64,000 bases of DNA from Chloroflexota bacterium (GTDB lineage: Bacteria; Chloroflexota; Dehalococcoidia; UBA2979). This document shows positions 45,031-54,354 of this stretch, one piece after another. The stretch is taken from positions 5,286 to 69,285 of the forward strand of contig VGPD01000004.1 in assembly GCA_016875635.1 (NCBI GenBank), read 5' to 3'. The notes beneath the pieces are model-generated. The model saw only the letters and a list, made by a program, of their open reading frames with translations. It did no database searches and was not told the origin of the DNA. The translations under genes and the position numbers were made by a program. The first letter of the stretch is position 1. Each line of letters starts with the position of its first letter.

Positions 45031-46458
45031 ATGCCCATCGACCGAGCTCGCCTGCACCGCGCCCTCAACCCTCGAACCGTAGTGGTCGTGGGGGATAAAG
45101 GCCCGGACTTTCGCTGGCTGGACAATTGTTCCGAATTCAGCGGCAACCTCTATTCTGTCCAGCTCGACGAAAAAGAGCTCCCCGGCATCGAAGCCAAGGG
45201 GGTGAAGAACTTCCGTGGCCTCATGGAGATCCCGGGCGAGGTCGACCTCGTGATCTGTGCCGTACCGCGCAATGTGACGCCGTTCATCGTCGCCGACGCG
45301 GTGAAGAAGCAGGTCGGCGGTATCGCGATGTACACCTCCGGCTTCGTGGAGACCACCGATCCGACCGGGATTGAGCTCCAGGGGAAGATCGCCGCGATGG
45401 CGAACGAGGCGGGGATGCCGCTCATCGGTCCCAACTGCCTGGGCGTCTACAACCGCCAACTCGGCGTGAAGTTCGCGGAGGCCCAGGAGAAGGGCGAAGG
45501 CGGCGCGATTTCGATCATATCGCAGTCGGGCGCGAACGGCTCCGGGCTCACGCTGGGCGCGCAGCGCCTTGGCGTGCCGGTGAGGCGGGCGATCTCGATC
45601 GGCAACGCTGCGGTCCTGAGCGAGGCTGACTACCTCGAATACCTGCTGGATGACCCGGAGACGCCGGCGATCGCGATGTACATCGAGGGCATCCGCTCCG
45701 GCCGTCGCTTCTTCGAGTTGTTGCGTGAAGGCACCAAGCGGAAGCCGGTCATCATCTGGCGCGGCGGCCGCACCCGGGCCGGCGCGCGCGCCGTGCAGTC
45801 GCACACCGCCTCCCTGGCCTCGGACGATGCCATCTGGATGTCGCTTATGCGCCAGTGCGGCGCGATTTCGACGGAGAGCCTCGAGGACACGGTCGAGACG
45901 ATGGCGGCGCTGGTGCTCACGCCGAGGTCGAGCAGGAAGAACCTCGCCCTGATTGCGTCGACCGGCGGCCAGTCCGTCGCGATCACCGACCAGTTCGAGC
46001 GTGCCGGGTTCGAGATCCCCGAACTCTCGCAGGCCTCGTACGACCGCCTGAGCGAGTTCTTCGTGACGATCGGCGGCTCCTACCGCAACCCGTTCGACGC
46101 CTCGTCCACGATCGGGCGCGAGTCCGACAATCTGGCGAAGATCCTCGAGATCCTCGCGGCTGAGCCGGTGATCGACGGCGTGGCGATCGAGCTGCAGGTG
46201 CGTGACTCCGAGAAGGGCACGGCGCGGTTGGACGGCATGCTGTCGCTCCTGGCGGAGTACCGCTCGAAGACCGGGAACCCCGTGATCGGCCTGGTCCCCA
46301 CAGGGGGCACCATGGGCGAGCAGGAGGCGGTTGGCGCCCGCGCACGTATCCATGTCGCAAAGGCCGGGTTCCCCGCCTATTCCTCGTTCCGCGCCGGGGC
46401 ACAGGCCCTCGGGCGTGTGCGGGCGTACTACGAGGAACTCGGCGCGCGGACGAGGTAG
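45031..46458 (+). CDS. acetate--CoA ligase (ADP-forming) alpha-type CoA-binding/ligase subunit
   Basis: ATG at 45031. CoA-binding Rossmann (VVVVGDKG), succinyl-CoA-synthetase-like phosphohistidine region (SQSGANGSG...). Confidence 0.75.
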   Translation: MPIDRARLHRALNPRTVVVVGDKGPDFRWLDNCSEFSGNLYSVQLDEKELPGIEAKGVKNFRGLMEIPGEVDLVICAVPRNVTPFIVADAVKKQVGGIAMYTSGFVETTDPTGIELQGKIAAMANEAGMPLIGPNCLGVYNRQLGVKFAEAQEKGEGGAISIISQSGANGSGLTLGAQRLGVPVRRAISIGNAAVLSEADYLEYLLDDPETPAIAMYIEGIRSGRRFFELLREGTKRKPVIIWRGGRTRAGARAVQSHTASLASDDAIWMSLMRQCGAISTESLEDTVETMAALVLTPRSSRKNLALIASTGGQSVAITDQFERAGFEIPELSQASYDRLSEFFVTIGGSYRNPFDASSTIGRESDNLAKILEILAAEPVIDGVAIELQVRDSEKGTARLDGMLSLLAEYRSKTGNPVIGLVPTGGTMGEQEAVGARARIHVAKAGFPAYSSFRAGAQALGRVRAYYEELGARTR

Positions 46459-46491
46459 TGCCAGGCCGCCTCCCCGGAGGCGCGCTGTAAG

Positions 46492-47760
46492 ATGTACTGC
46501 GTCACCGGGATCGCCTATCACTGGATGCTCATGGCCGTTGAGAAATCTCCGCGCGTAGCGCCATCCTCGCCCCCGGGCGGGCCGGTCTACCTCGACTCGG
46601 CCGCCTCCACGGCGCTGCGAGCCGAGGCGTACCGGGCGATGCTCCCGTTCCTCCAGGCGGAGTTCGCGAACCCCTCCGCGCACCACGCCGCTGGCCGCCG
46701 GGCGAGCGACGCGCTGGAGGAGGCGCGGGGCCGGGTCGCGCGGGTGTTCAACACGGAGCTGGAAGAGGTCGTGTTCACCTCCGGCGGCACGGAGAGCATC
46801 AACGCGGCGATCAAGGGCGTCGCCTTCGCGCAGGCGGATGCCGGCGGCGGGCGGCACATCCTGACCACCGCTGTGGAACACCACGCCGTCCTCCACTCCG
46901 CGCAGTACCTCGAACGTTTCGGTTTTGAGGTCGAGGAGCTCCCGGTCGACGAACACGGGCGGGTGACGCCGGAAGAGGTCGCTGCGGCTGTCCGCCCGGA
47001 TACCGCCCTTGTGTCCGTCGGCTACGCGAACAATGAGGTTGGGACGGTGCAGCCGATCGCGGCGATCGCCGCTGCCGTGGCGGCGCGGGCGTCTGATCTC
47101 GGACGGCGCATTCCGTTCCATACGGACGCGGTGCAGGCGGCCAGCACGCTCTCGCTGGATGTGCAGGCGCTTGGCGTTGACCTGCTCTCACTGTCAGGGC
47201 ACAAGTTCGGCGGACCGAAGGGGACGGGGCTGCTCTACATGCGTCGCGGCGTCCCATTCCTGGAGCTGCTGTCCGGCGGTGGCCAGGAGCGTCAGCGTCG
47301 CTCCGGCACCGAGAATGTCCCGGGCAACGTCGGCCTTGCCGTCGCGCTCGAGTACGCGCAGGCGGAGCGGGAGGAGTTCGCCCGCCGCATCGGTGCCCTG
47401 CGCGACCGGCTGCTGGCCGCCGTGCTGGAGGCGTGCCCGGATGTGCTCGTCAATGGCCATCCGACCGAGCGGCTGCCCCACGCGCTGCACGTCTGTTTCT
47501 CGGGCCTGGAAGGCGAGGCGCTCGTCGATGAGCTCGACCGCCTCGGGATCGAGTCGTCAGCCGGGGCTGCCTGCACCTCGGCCACGTGGGAGCCTTCGCA
47601 TGTCCTGCTGGCGATGGGTGTCCCGCTGGAACTGGCGATCGGGTCGCTGCGGATGTCGCTCTGGTCCACCACCACGGCGGAACAGGTGGACTACGTCTCG
47701 GGAGTGCTTCCCGGCGCCGTGAGGCGTGTGCGGGAGGCCGCGCTTCCCGCCCCGCGTTAG
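46492..47760 (+). CDS. cysteine desulfurase (class V aminotransferase, NifS/IscS-like)
   Basis: 422 aa. PLP-lysine block (SLSGHKFGGPKG) and catalytic Cys loop (AGAACTS). Confidence 0.85.
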   Translation: MYCVTGIAYHWMLMAVEKSPRVAPSSPPGGPVYLDSAASTALRAEAYRAMLPFLQAEFANPSAHHAAGRRASDALEEARGRVARVFNTELEEVVFTSGGTESINAAIKGVAFAQADAGGGRHILTTAVEHHAVLHSAQYLERFGFEVEELPVDEHGRVTPEEVAAAVRPDTALVSVGYANNEVGTVQPIAAIAAAVAARASDLGRRIPFHTDAVQAASTLSLDVQALGVDLLSLSGHKFGGPKGTGLLYMRRGVPFLELLSGGGQERQRRSGTENVPGNVGLAVALEYAQAEREEFARRIGALRDRLLAAVLEACPDVLVNGHPTERLPHALHVCFSGLEGEALVDELDRLGIESSAGAACTSATWEPSHVLLAMGVPLELAIGSLRMSLWSTTTAEQVDYVSGVLPGAVRRVREAALPAPR

Positions 47761-47864
47761 ATTCACCGAGCCTCACCATTCGCGTAGGCCGATGATCGTG
47801 GACGCTTTACATAGCGACCCCGGCGAGGTAGCGTCTACGCAGTTGATCCATTCCTGCCGACGAG

Positions 47865-48092
47865 ATGGACGCAACGGTGCCTGATTCCCCGTTTGATGAG
47901 TACCTCGATCTGGTGGAAGCCGCGCGTGAGCTCGGGATCCACCCGCAAAGCCTGCGCCGCCTGATCAAGCAGGGCCGCGTCCCCGCGACGCTGTTCGCGG
48001 GCAAATATCTGATCGGGCGCGACAAGCTCGACATGTTCAAGTCCTCGTACGATCCGCGCCCTGGCCGCAAGCCTATACGCCGCCTTCTCTAG
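47865..48092 (+). CDS. excisionase-family helix-turn-helix DNA-binding protein
   Basis: 75 aa. HTH_17-like (LDLVEAARELGIHPQSLRRLIKQGRVPATLFAGKYLIGRDKL). Local GC drops to about 55-58%. Confidence 0.65.
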   Translation: MDATVPDSPFDEYLDLVEAARELGIHPQSLRRLIKQGRVPATLFAGKYLIGRDKLDMFKSSYDPRPGRKPIRRLL

Positions 48093-48110
48093 GCTAGGTC
48101 GCCGTCAGCT

Positions 48111-48155
48111 CGTATACGGAACAGCCGCGCAGGAGGCGCGGCTGTTCCGTATACG
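48111..48155. terminator. perfect 20-bp inverted repeat (cgtatacggaacagccgcgc-aggag-gcgcggctgttccgtatacg), bidirectional terminator candidate or protein-binding palindrome
   Basis: Seen directly. Lies between two convergent genes (ends 48092 and 48169). No flanking U-tract. Confidence 0.5.
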
Positions 48156-48168
48156 TCAGGCACCGAGG

Positions 48169-48942
48169 CTACATCGGCGGTTCCACCTCGTTTGAAGCGG
48201 CGTCGATGTCGGAGACCTGCACGTCCACGTGCAGGACCTCCTTTTGCTGTGCGTTCTTTCCGGTGATCAAGACACGGAGCAAGACGCCGCGTTCCTCCGC
48301 GAACCAGACATCGGCCTGCGTCTTCACGTCCGCCGCGGATTCAGGGACGGCGCTCTGGGTGTCGAAGACCTCCTCGAACGCCTGGCGGTCGAAGACGTAG
48401 TGCCGCGCGGTCACGCCGCCGAGGGACTCCTTCGTGAATGACCGTCCCTCCAGCCGCTGCGTTAGCTGTTCCGAGGTTGGGCCGGCCGGGCCGGAAAACA
48501 GCCCCTGCGGGCTGAAGTCGGAGGTCGCGAGGAGCGAGGCGGCCCCCGTCACCCCGCGCTGCCACTGGCCCTGCGGCTCACGGCTCCACCGTTCCTTCCC
48601 GATGCTGATCGATTCCAGGTTGGCCTTCAGGAAGCCCAGGTCGGCCTCGATCTGGGACTGTTGCCGGTCCGGGTTGACCCGGGTGCCGCTTGCCTTGATG
48701 CGGAACGTGCCGCCCTGGAGCAGGGCCTGGGCGGTCTGCGCCTCGAGCGCCGTGGCCGAGACCGAGATCTCGGATGCGAAGCGGTACGACTTGAGTGCGT
48801 CGAGTGAGGTCACTTTGAACGCTGCGGGGGTCGGTGTCGCTTTCGACTTCGGACCGCTCCGGCAGCCAGTCGCCGTCACCAGCGAGGTGACGAGGAGCAG
48901 CACACCGAGCAGGGCGAATCGGGATGCGTGCAGGCGCTTCAT
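48169..48942 (-). CDS. putative lipoprotein
   Basis: 257 aa. Signal peptide with lipobox LVTATGC. ATG at 48940-48942. Confidence 0.65.
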   Translation of the reverse strand: MKRLHASRFALLGVLLLVTSLVTATGCRSGPKSKATPTPAAFKVTSLDALKSYRFASEISVSATALEAQTAQALLQGGTFRIKASGTRVNPDRQQSQIEADLGFLKANLESISIGKERWSREPQGQWQRGVTGAASLLATSDFSPQGLFSGPAGPTSEQLTQRLEGRSFTKESLGGVTARHYVFDRQAFEEVFDTQSAVPESAADVKTQADVWFAEERGVLLRVLITGKNAQQKEVLHVDVQVSDIDAASNEVEPPM

Positions 48943-49044
48943 GCGACCTCCATCGTGCGAGCGGTGTGACCACCGTCGCGGATCGGCGAGACGGCGTCAA
49001 CGCGACGCTTGCCTGCGGTACTTGCCACCCCTGAGGATGATCAG

Positions 49045-49794
49045 ATGCCGCCCTCCTCAGAAGCCGTCGTCCCGGGCGTCCACCATGTGATGGACGGCGT
49101 GTGGTGGTTCTCTGGCGTCCGCGGCGCGAACGTCTACCTCGTGCGGCTGCCGTCTGGAGCGCAGGTGCTGGTGGATGCCGGGATGCCCGGCGCGGCCCCG
49201 GTCATCATCTCGCGGCTGCAGGCGCTCGGCATTGCGCATGTGGACGCGATCCTCCTGACGCATCGACACGTCGATCACGCCGGCGGTGCTGCCCGTTTGC
49301 GCGAGGCACTGGGGGCGCGCGTGGTCGCAGGCGCAGGCGACGTGGTGGATGGCAGCGTGCGCGCCGACCGCCGCACCCCGGCGGCTTCGTGCCCGGTCGA
49401 CGTGATCCTGCCGCTCGAGGAGTGCGAGCCGCTGCCCGGGCTGCTGGCGATCCCGGCACCTGGCCACACCGCCGGCTCGACGGTCTACGTGATGCCGGCG
49501 CTCGACCTGTGGTGCGTCGGCGATGTCGCCCTGCATTCGGGCGATCGGATGAGCCGCCCGTTGCCGCTCGCCAACGAGGACACCCCGAGGCAGGAGCGCA
49601 CGCTGCAGTCGATCGCCGCCCGCTGCGGGATGAACGGAGCTCCCGGCCATGGTGACCCGGTGGTGGGCGGTTTCGGCGATCTCATGCGGGTGTTGGCGGC
49701 GCGTCCCCCGGCGCGGAGCCCGTGGTGGCTCCGCGTCGTGATGAACCCCCGCGCGATCGCCCGGTTTGTCCGCAGGCAGGCCGGCCGGCGCTAG
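49045..49794 (+). CDS. MBL-fold metallo-hydrolase
   Basis: HxHxDH motif (THRHVDHAGG) plus downstream His/Asp ligands. ATG 49045 preceded by GAGGA. The listed ORF starts at TTG 49009. Confidence 0.75.
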   Translation: MPPSSEAVVPGVHHVMDGVWWFSGVRGANVYLVRLPSGAQVLVDAGMPGAAPVIISRLQALGIAHVDAILLTHRHVDHAGGAARLREALGARVVAGAGDVVDGSVRADRRTPAASCPVDVILPLEECEPLPGLLAIPAPGHTAGSTVYVMPALDLWCVGDVALHSGDRMSRPLPLANEDTPRQERTLQSIAARCGMNGAPGHGDPVVGGFGDLMRVLAARPPARSPWWLRVVMNPRAIARFVRRQAGRR

Positions 49795-50477
49795 TCGAAC
49801 TCGGAGCGCGGCTCTCCCTCGCGACGGAGGTAGGCCATCGCCTTGTCGAAGTCGCCCTCGCGCAGCAGTTTCGCGGAGTCGAGATACGTCAGGACAACCG
49901 CCAGCGACAGAAGCGAGTGCATCCGCACTCCCGTCGCCTCTAACCGGCGGGCCGCGCCCTGCTCGCGGTCGAGCAGCACCACGGCGTCGGAAACGAGCAG
50001 CCCGGCGCTGCGCAGCCCCTCCGCGGTGGTGACCAGCGACCCGCCACCGGTCGCGAGGTCGTCCACGATTAGGACGCGCATCCCCGGACGGTAGATTCCC
50101 TCGATCTGCAGTGTCGCGGACTCCTCGGTCCCCTGCGGTGGGCGGATGTAGAGCAGCGGCTTCTCCATCTGGAGCGCGAGCGCGGTCGCGACATGCAGGC
50201 CGCCGATGGGGACGCCCGCGATGGCATCGAACGGGTCGACGGTGCGCTGCCGCTTCAGCATCTCCAGTTCCAGTTCGTCCTGGATCAGTCGGGCGGTGCG
50301 CTTCAGTGCGTCCGGACGAGAGATCAGCAGATTCGCGTTCACATAGACGGGCGAGTTCCGCACGGTGCGGCCCAGGCTGAAGTCGCCGAACTGGATCGCG
50401 CCGATCCGCCAGAGTGTGTCGGCCAGCCAGAGCCGTCCCTGCGGGTCCATCCGTCCCATCGGGTCGCGCGAGGTCAT
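49791..50477 (-). CDS. pyrE: orotate phosphoribosyltransferase-like (type I PRTase)
   Basis: 228 aa. PRPP-binding motif (VLIVDDLATGGGS) and OPRT N-terminal block (IQFGDFSLGRTVRNSPVYVNAN). Confidence 0.7.
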   Translation of the reverse strand: MTSRDPMGRMDPQGRLWLADTLWRIGAIQFGDFSLGRTVRNSPVYVNANLLISRPDALKRTARLIQDELELEMLKRQRTVDPFDAIAGVPIGGLHVATALALQMEKPLLYIRPPQGTEESATLQIEGIYRPGMRVLIVDDLATGGGSLVTTAEGLRSAGLLVSDAVVLLDREQGAARRLEATGVRMHSLLSLAVVLTYLDSAKLLREGDFDKAMAYLRREGEPRSEFD

Positions 50478-51475
50478 GCTCGCCTCCGTCCCGCTGCGAG
50501 CGCTTCCGGGTTCACTGCGTTCGAGGGGGCCCGACCCGCCAGTCCCGCCAGCAGCCCATCGACCGCCAGGCTCGCCATGGCCGTGCGGGTCTCCAGCGTG
50601 GCGCTGCCCAGGTGCGGCGCGACGACGAGGTGGGGGGCGGTCAGCAGCGGGTCACCGACCGGGATGGGTTCCGGTGTCATCACGTCGAGGCCGGCACCGG
50701 CGATCCCGCCGCTGCGGAGCGCCTCGAGGAGCGCCGCCTGGTCGACGACGCCGCCGCGGGTGGTGTTGACGAAGATGGCGTCCGGCCGCATGCGGGCGAA
50801 GAACGCGGCATTGCACATCCGCTCGGTCTCGCGTGTGAGGGGGACGTGCATGCTGACATACTCGCTGCGCGCGAGCAGATCGTCGAGCGGGACGAAGGTA
50901 CCCGGGAAGTCCTCGACGGGGCGGTGGCCGGTGTAGAGCACTGTCATCCCGAATCCCTGCGCCCGCTGCGCCACGGCGCGGCCGATGCGCCCGGGCCCGA
51001 CAATGCCGATGGTCGCACCACTCACCCGATACCCCAGGAGCCAGGTGGGGTGCCACGGGCCCCAGCCACCCCCGCGGAGCGCGCGGTCGCCCTCGGGGAG
51101 GCGGCGGGCGGCCGCCAGCAGCAATGCCCACGTCATATCCGCGGTGGCCTCTGTCAGCACGCCCGGCGTGTTGGTCACCAGCACGCCGCGGGCGGTGCAG
51201 GCGAGGACATCGATGTTGTCGTATCCGACCGCCATGTTCGCGACCACGCGGACGCGCGGCGCCGCGTCCAGCAGCGCGTCATCGACACGTTCGGTGAGGA
51301 CGGTGAGGAGGCCATCGCAGCCGGCGGACCGGGCACGGAGCGCCTCCGCGGTGGGTGGCTCGGTGGCCTCCCATACGTCGATTTCCGCGTGCGCCTTGAG
51401 GGCGTCGAACGGCGTGCCGGGCGCATCGCCGCCGGGGAGGGTGCGCGAAACGAACACGCGTGGCCGGTTGCTCAT
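50474..51475 (-). CDS. D-2-hydroxyacid dehydrogenase (glyoxylate/hydroxypyruvate reductase family)
   Basis: 333 aa. NAD-binding GxGxxG (GIVGPGRIG), catalytic R/E/H arrangement. Confidence 0.85.
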   Translation of the reverse strand: MSNRPRVFVSRTLPGGDAPGTPFDALKAHAEIDVWEATEPPTAEALRARSAGCDGLLTVLTERVDDALLDAAPRVRVVANMAVGYDNIDVLACTARGVLVTNTPGVLTEATADMTWALLLAAARRLPEGDRALRGGGWGPWHPTWLLGYRVSGATIGIVGPGRIGRAVAQRAQGFGMTVLYTGHRPVEDFPGTFVPLDDLLARSEYVSMHVPLTRETERMCNAAFFARMRPDAIFVNTTRGGVVDQAALLEALRSGGIAGAGLDVMTPEPIPVGDPLLTAPHLVVAPHLGSATLETRTAMASLAVDGLLAGLAGRAPSNAVNPEALAAGRRRA

Positions 51476-52191
51476 CGACTGATTGTACGGTCGAGCGCCC
51501 GTGCACCGCCGACGAGCGGGTTCGTCCAGCGGCGCGAGCGCCTCGGCAGCACCAGGGGCACGGGGATGCCTGACCCCATGACCTCGGTGCGCCGGCTGAG
51601 GTGGAGCAGGCCCGTGAGGGCACAGGTGATCGCGTCCAGTTCGTCGTGTGTGACCGGTCGCCGAGGGAGGCCGCGCACGCCGGCCTGGAACAGGCCGCGT
51701 CGGAGGCCCCCCAGTCCGGCCTGCTTGCGGGGGATGCCCAGCACGTCCTGGGTCATCCCGGGGTAGACCTCGACGACCGCATACCCGGCCGTCTGCAAGC
51801 GCTCACGCAGGGCGATCCCGCGCAGGGTCAGGCGCACCATGGAGGGAAGCAGCGCGGGGAATGGGCGGTAGCCCTCACGCGCGGCGATGCGGTCGACCTC
51901 GCGCATGAGGCCGGCGACAGCGCATTCGCAGTCGGGCTCCGCGCAGTGGCGTCCCTCGGGCAGCGCCAGCGGCGCGTCGATCGCGATCAAGTCGGGGTGG
52001 TGGGCCTCAACGGCCTCCAGGATCGTCTCGTCCGTCCGGACCACACGCAGGTCCAGCAGGCGGCCGTCACGATCCATCACGGCGAGGCCGGTGGGGTAGC
52101 GCGGCCCGCTGCGCAGGTCGAGGCCCAGCACGACCCTGGCGGGGCTGCGTCGCGGTGGGCGGGAGGCCGCAGAGGCCCCTACACTCGTCAT
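51472..52191 (-). CDS. DUF429-like protein (predicted RNase H-fold nuclease)
   Basis: 239 aa. VLGLDLRSG...IAIDAPLALPEG...HCAEPDCEC pattern. Confidence 0.5.
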   Translation of the reverse strand: MTSVGASAASRPPRRSPARVVLGLDLRSGPRYPTGLAVMDRDGRLLDLRVVRTDETILEAVEAHHPDLIAIDAPLALPEGRHCAEPDCECAVAGLMREVDRIAAREGYRPFPALLPSMVRLTLRGIALRERLQTAGYAVVEVYPGMTQDVLGIPRKQAGLGGLRRGLFQAGVRGLPRRPVTHDELDAITCALTGLLHLSRRTEVMGSGIPVPLVLPRRSRRWTNPLVGGARALDRTISR

Positions 52192-52277
52192 GCGCCCGTC
52201 CTCACCTGCGGACTACGCGCGCTGGCCGCGCCTGGGTGCGCGTCAGCATATCGAGCACCACACTGGCCGGAGGATTC

Positions 52278-52620
52278 CATGGCTGAGAAGCGCCCGGGTG
52301 AGCCGTTCTCGCGGATCGATGTCCATGAAGCGAAGCAGATGATCGACGCGGGCAATGTCCAGGTCATCGACAGCCGGGAGCCGCATGAGCACGAGGACGG
52401 TCACGTCCCCGGCTCGATCCAGATCCAGCACATGGCCACGCTGGTCCACGCGGACAAGCTGGCGAAGGATCGCCCGATCCTGTTCATCTGCAAGAGCGGC
52501 GCGCGTTCCGCGGTGGCAGCGGAGTTTGCCGCCGCGCTCGGTCTGACCGACCTCTACAACGTCGAAGGCGGGCATGACGCCTGGGCGAAGGCCGGATACC
52601 CGATGGAGACCGGCCGCTAG
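52278..52620 (+). CDS. rhodanese-like domain protein
   Basis: 113 aa from ATG 52278. Active-site loop FICKSGARS (Cys). Confidence 0.8.
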
Positions 52621-52988
52621 CGGGTCTCCGGGGTCTCGCCGAGCAGGCCACGGATCGCGGACAGCAGTGTCTCCACGTCGAACGGCTTCTGGAGGTACCG
52701 CGCCGTCACACCGGGCGGGAGCGTCGCCCGCTCGGCTTCGATGTCGTTGGTGACGAAGATGATCCGGTCACTCAACTGGCGAGTGTGGGCCGCGATCCAC
52801 GCGGCCAGCGCAGATGCGTCCATCCCGCGGACGGGATGACTGGCGCTCACGGCGTCATAGTTCCCGCCGCGTAAGTACTCCACGCCCTGAGCGGCGTCCG
52901 GCGCGAGCGTTACGTCATACCCGGCGTGCGAGAGCGCCTCGGATGTCAGCAGGCGTATGGCCGGGTCACTGTCGACGATCAGCAGCCG
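52617..52988 (-). CDS. receiver (REC)-like domain, phospho-acceptor Asp replaced (pseudo-receiver); no canonical start codon
   Basis: RLLIVDSDPAIRLL...YDAVSASHPVRGMD...KPFD. The position of the phospho-Asp reads S. Frame overlaps the stop of the upstream HisKA ORF via CTGA. Confidence 0.45.
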   Translation of the reverse strand, partial: RLLIVDSDPAIRLLTSEALSHAGYDVTLAPDAAQGVEYLRGGNYDAVSASHPVRGMDASALAAWIAAHTRQLSDRIIFVTNDIEAERATLPPGVTARYLQKPFDVETLLSAIRGLLGETPETR

Positions 52989-53863
52989 GGCCGAAGTAGT
53001 GGGGCGCGTGAGCCAACACCCGGCTCGTGCGCCTCCGGCGTCCGCGCCACCGATCGCCGTGGAGGTTCCGAGACCAGCGGCAACTGCACGCCGGCGGGTG
53101 GCTTGGGCGGCTCCGGATCCTGGCGCGCAAACTGCAACAGGTTCCGCATGATGCGAGCCGCCCGCTGCGACTCCTCCTCGATGGTGTGTAGCGCGTGCTC
53201 CCGGTCCGCCCCTTCGAGGGAGTCCAGGATCTGGGCGTACCCGAGGATCGACGTCAACGGGTTGTTCAGTTCGTGTGCCGCGCCGGCGACGAGGTCGCCC
53301 AGCGCGTCGAAGCGTGCGATGGCGTCGATGTCCGGGTCGGGCGCGCGGTCGGAGACCTCCGTGGTCAGCGGGCCGCGCAACCTGGCGCCGAGCCGTCGGA
53401 GTGTCCGCTCGGCGAGCCACCCGTCCGCCGCGGCGAACGCCCGGACGCCCTGGCGGTAGAACAGTGCGATCCCCGCCACCTCCGCATGGTGGAACAGCGG
53501 AATGTGGATCCGGGAACGCAGTCCGAATGCGGGCAACCGACCAAGAGGCGTCCGGGCGGGCGCGTCTGCCGGTGCGACGCGCAGGTCGCCGTCCATCGCA
53601 GGCTCTCCGCGCTCCCGGACGGACGCCTCGGCCTCTTCCAGTTGCGTCCAGGTATCGCCCACGGCCACGCCCGCCATCGACGATGGGTAGACGGCGACCA
53701 CGGTGGCGGTGTCGCCGGTGAAACGGAGGACGCATCCGAAATCGAACGGCATCGCCGCGTCGAGGGCCTGCAGGACGGCCCGCGCCGCCGCGCCCGGGGA
53801 GTCGCTGTCCTCCAGCGCATCCGCTGCCGCCAGCGCGGCCAGTGGGGAAACCGGGGTCACCAC
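52979..53863 (-). CDS. GAF + HisKA (dimerisation/phospho-acceptor) protein lacking an HATPase_c domain
   Basis: GAF-like N-terminal half, H-box AAHELNNPLTSILGYAQIL. ORF ends about 45 aa after the HisKA helix. GTG start overlaps the upstream stop (GTGA). Confidence 0.6.
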   Translation of the reverse strand: MVTPVSPLAALAAADALEDSDSPGAAARAVLQALDAAMPFDFGCVLRFTGDTATVVAVYPSSMAGVAVGDTWTQLEEAEASVRERGEPAMDGDLRVAPADAPARTPLGRLPAFGLRSRIHIPLFHHAEVAGIALFYRQGVRAFAAADGWLAERTLRRLGARLRGPLTTEVSDRAPDPDIDAIARFDALGDLVAGAAHELNNPLTSILGYAQILDSLEGADREHALHTIEEESQRAARIMRNLLQFARQDPEPPKPPAGVQLPLVSEPPRRSVARTPEAHEPGVGSRAPLLRPGC

Positions 53864-54261
53864 GGGGGCACCACTGGGGTCACCTCTGAGTCCGCGCCGC
53901 TGGGCGGCGTGGACAGGCGGATCGCCCAGCCTTCGCCAGTCACCAGCCCGACCATCTCAACGGAGAGCGTAACCGCGAGGTCCGAGACCTCGAAGCGCAA
54001 CGTGCCCGTCCACATAGAGCCGGGCCCGGGCCATGGATCCGGCCAGCTGGCACGGTCACTGCGGGCGACCAGGGAGCGCGGGTCGCGAGCCAGCACGGTG
54101 CCGGTCTCCGAGAGGCCGAGCAAAGCACATGCGGCGGCATCCGCCCGGCGGATGCTCCGACCGGCGTCGACCAGGAGCCAGCCAGGTGGTGGCGTGTCAG
54201 TCGGACGCGGAGCGCCGTATGGCACACATGCCCCTTCCGTGGAGACGGAATCCTCGCGCAT
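53857..54261 (-). CDS. PAS-like sensor domain protein
   Basis: ATG at 54259-54261. GWLLVDAGRSIRRADAAACALLG... PAS-like. First 23 codons of the listed ORF have low GC3 (5-prime UTR). Confidence 0.5.
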   Translation of the reverse strand: MREDSVSTEGACVPYGAPRPTDTPPPGWLLVDAGRSIRRADAAACALLGLSETGTVLARDPRSLVARSDRASWPDPWPGPGSMWTGTLRFEVSDLAVTLSVEMVGLVTGEGWAIRLSTPPSGADSEVTPVVPPW

Positions 54262-54354
54262 CGATCGTCGGCTCAGGTACCCCTGGTCATGCTCCGAGGA
54301 AACCCCCGTTTCTGCTAGGAGTTTTTCCACAGAGTCGTGTGGATAAGAGTCGGC

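Noticed and set aside
53365-53820. Third minus-strand frame in the sensor region as a source of the missing HATPase domain
   Set aside because: Translation is Arg/Trp/Pro-rich nonsense with no N/G1/G2 ATP-lid motifs. The ATPase domain is absent in all frames.
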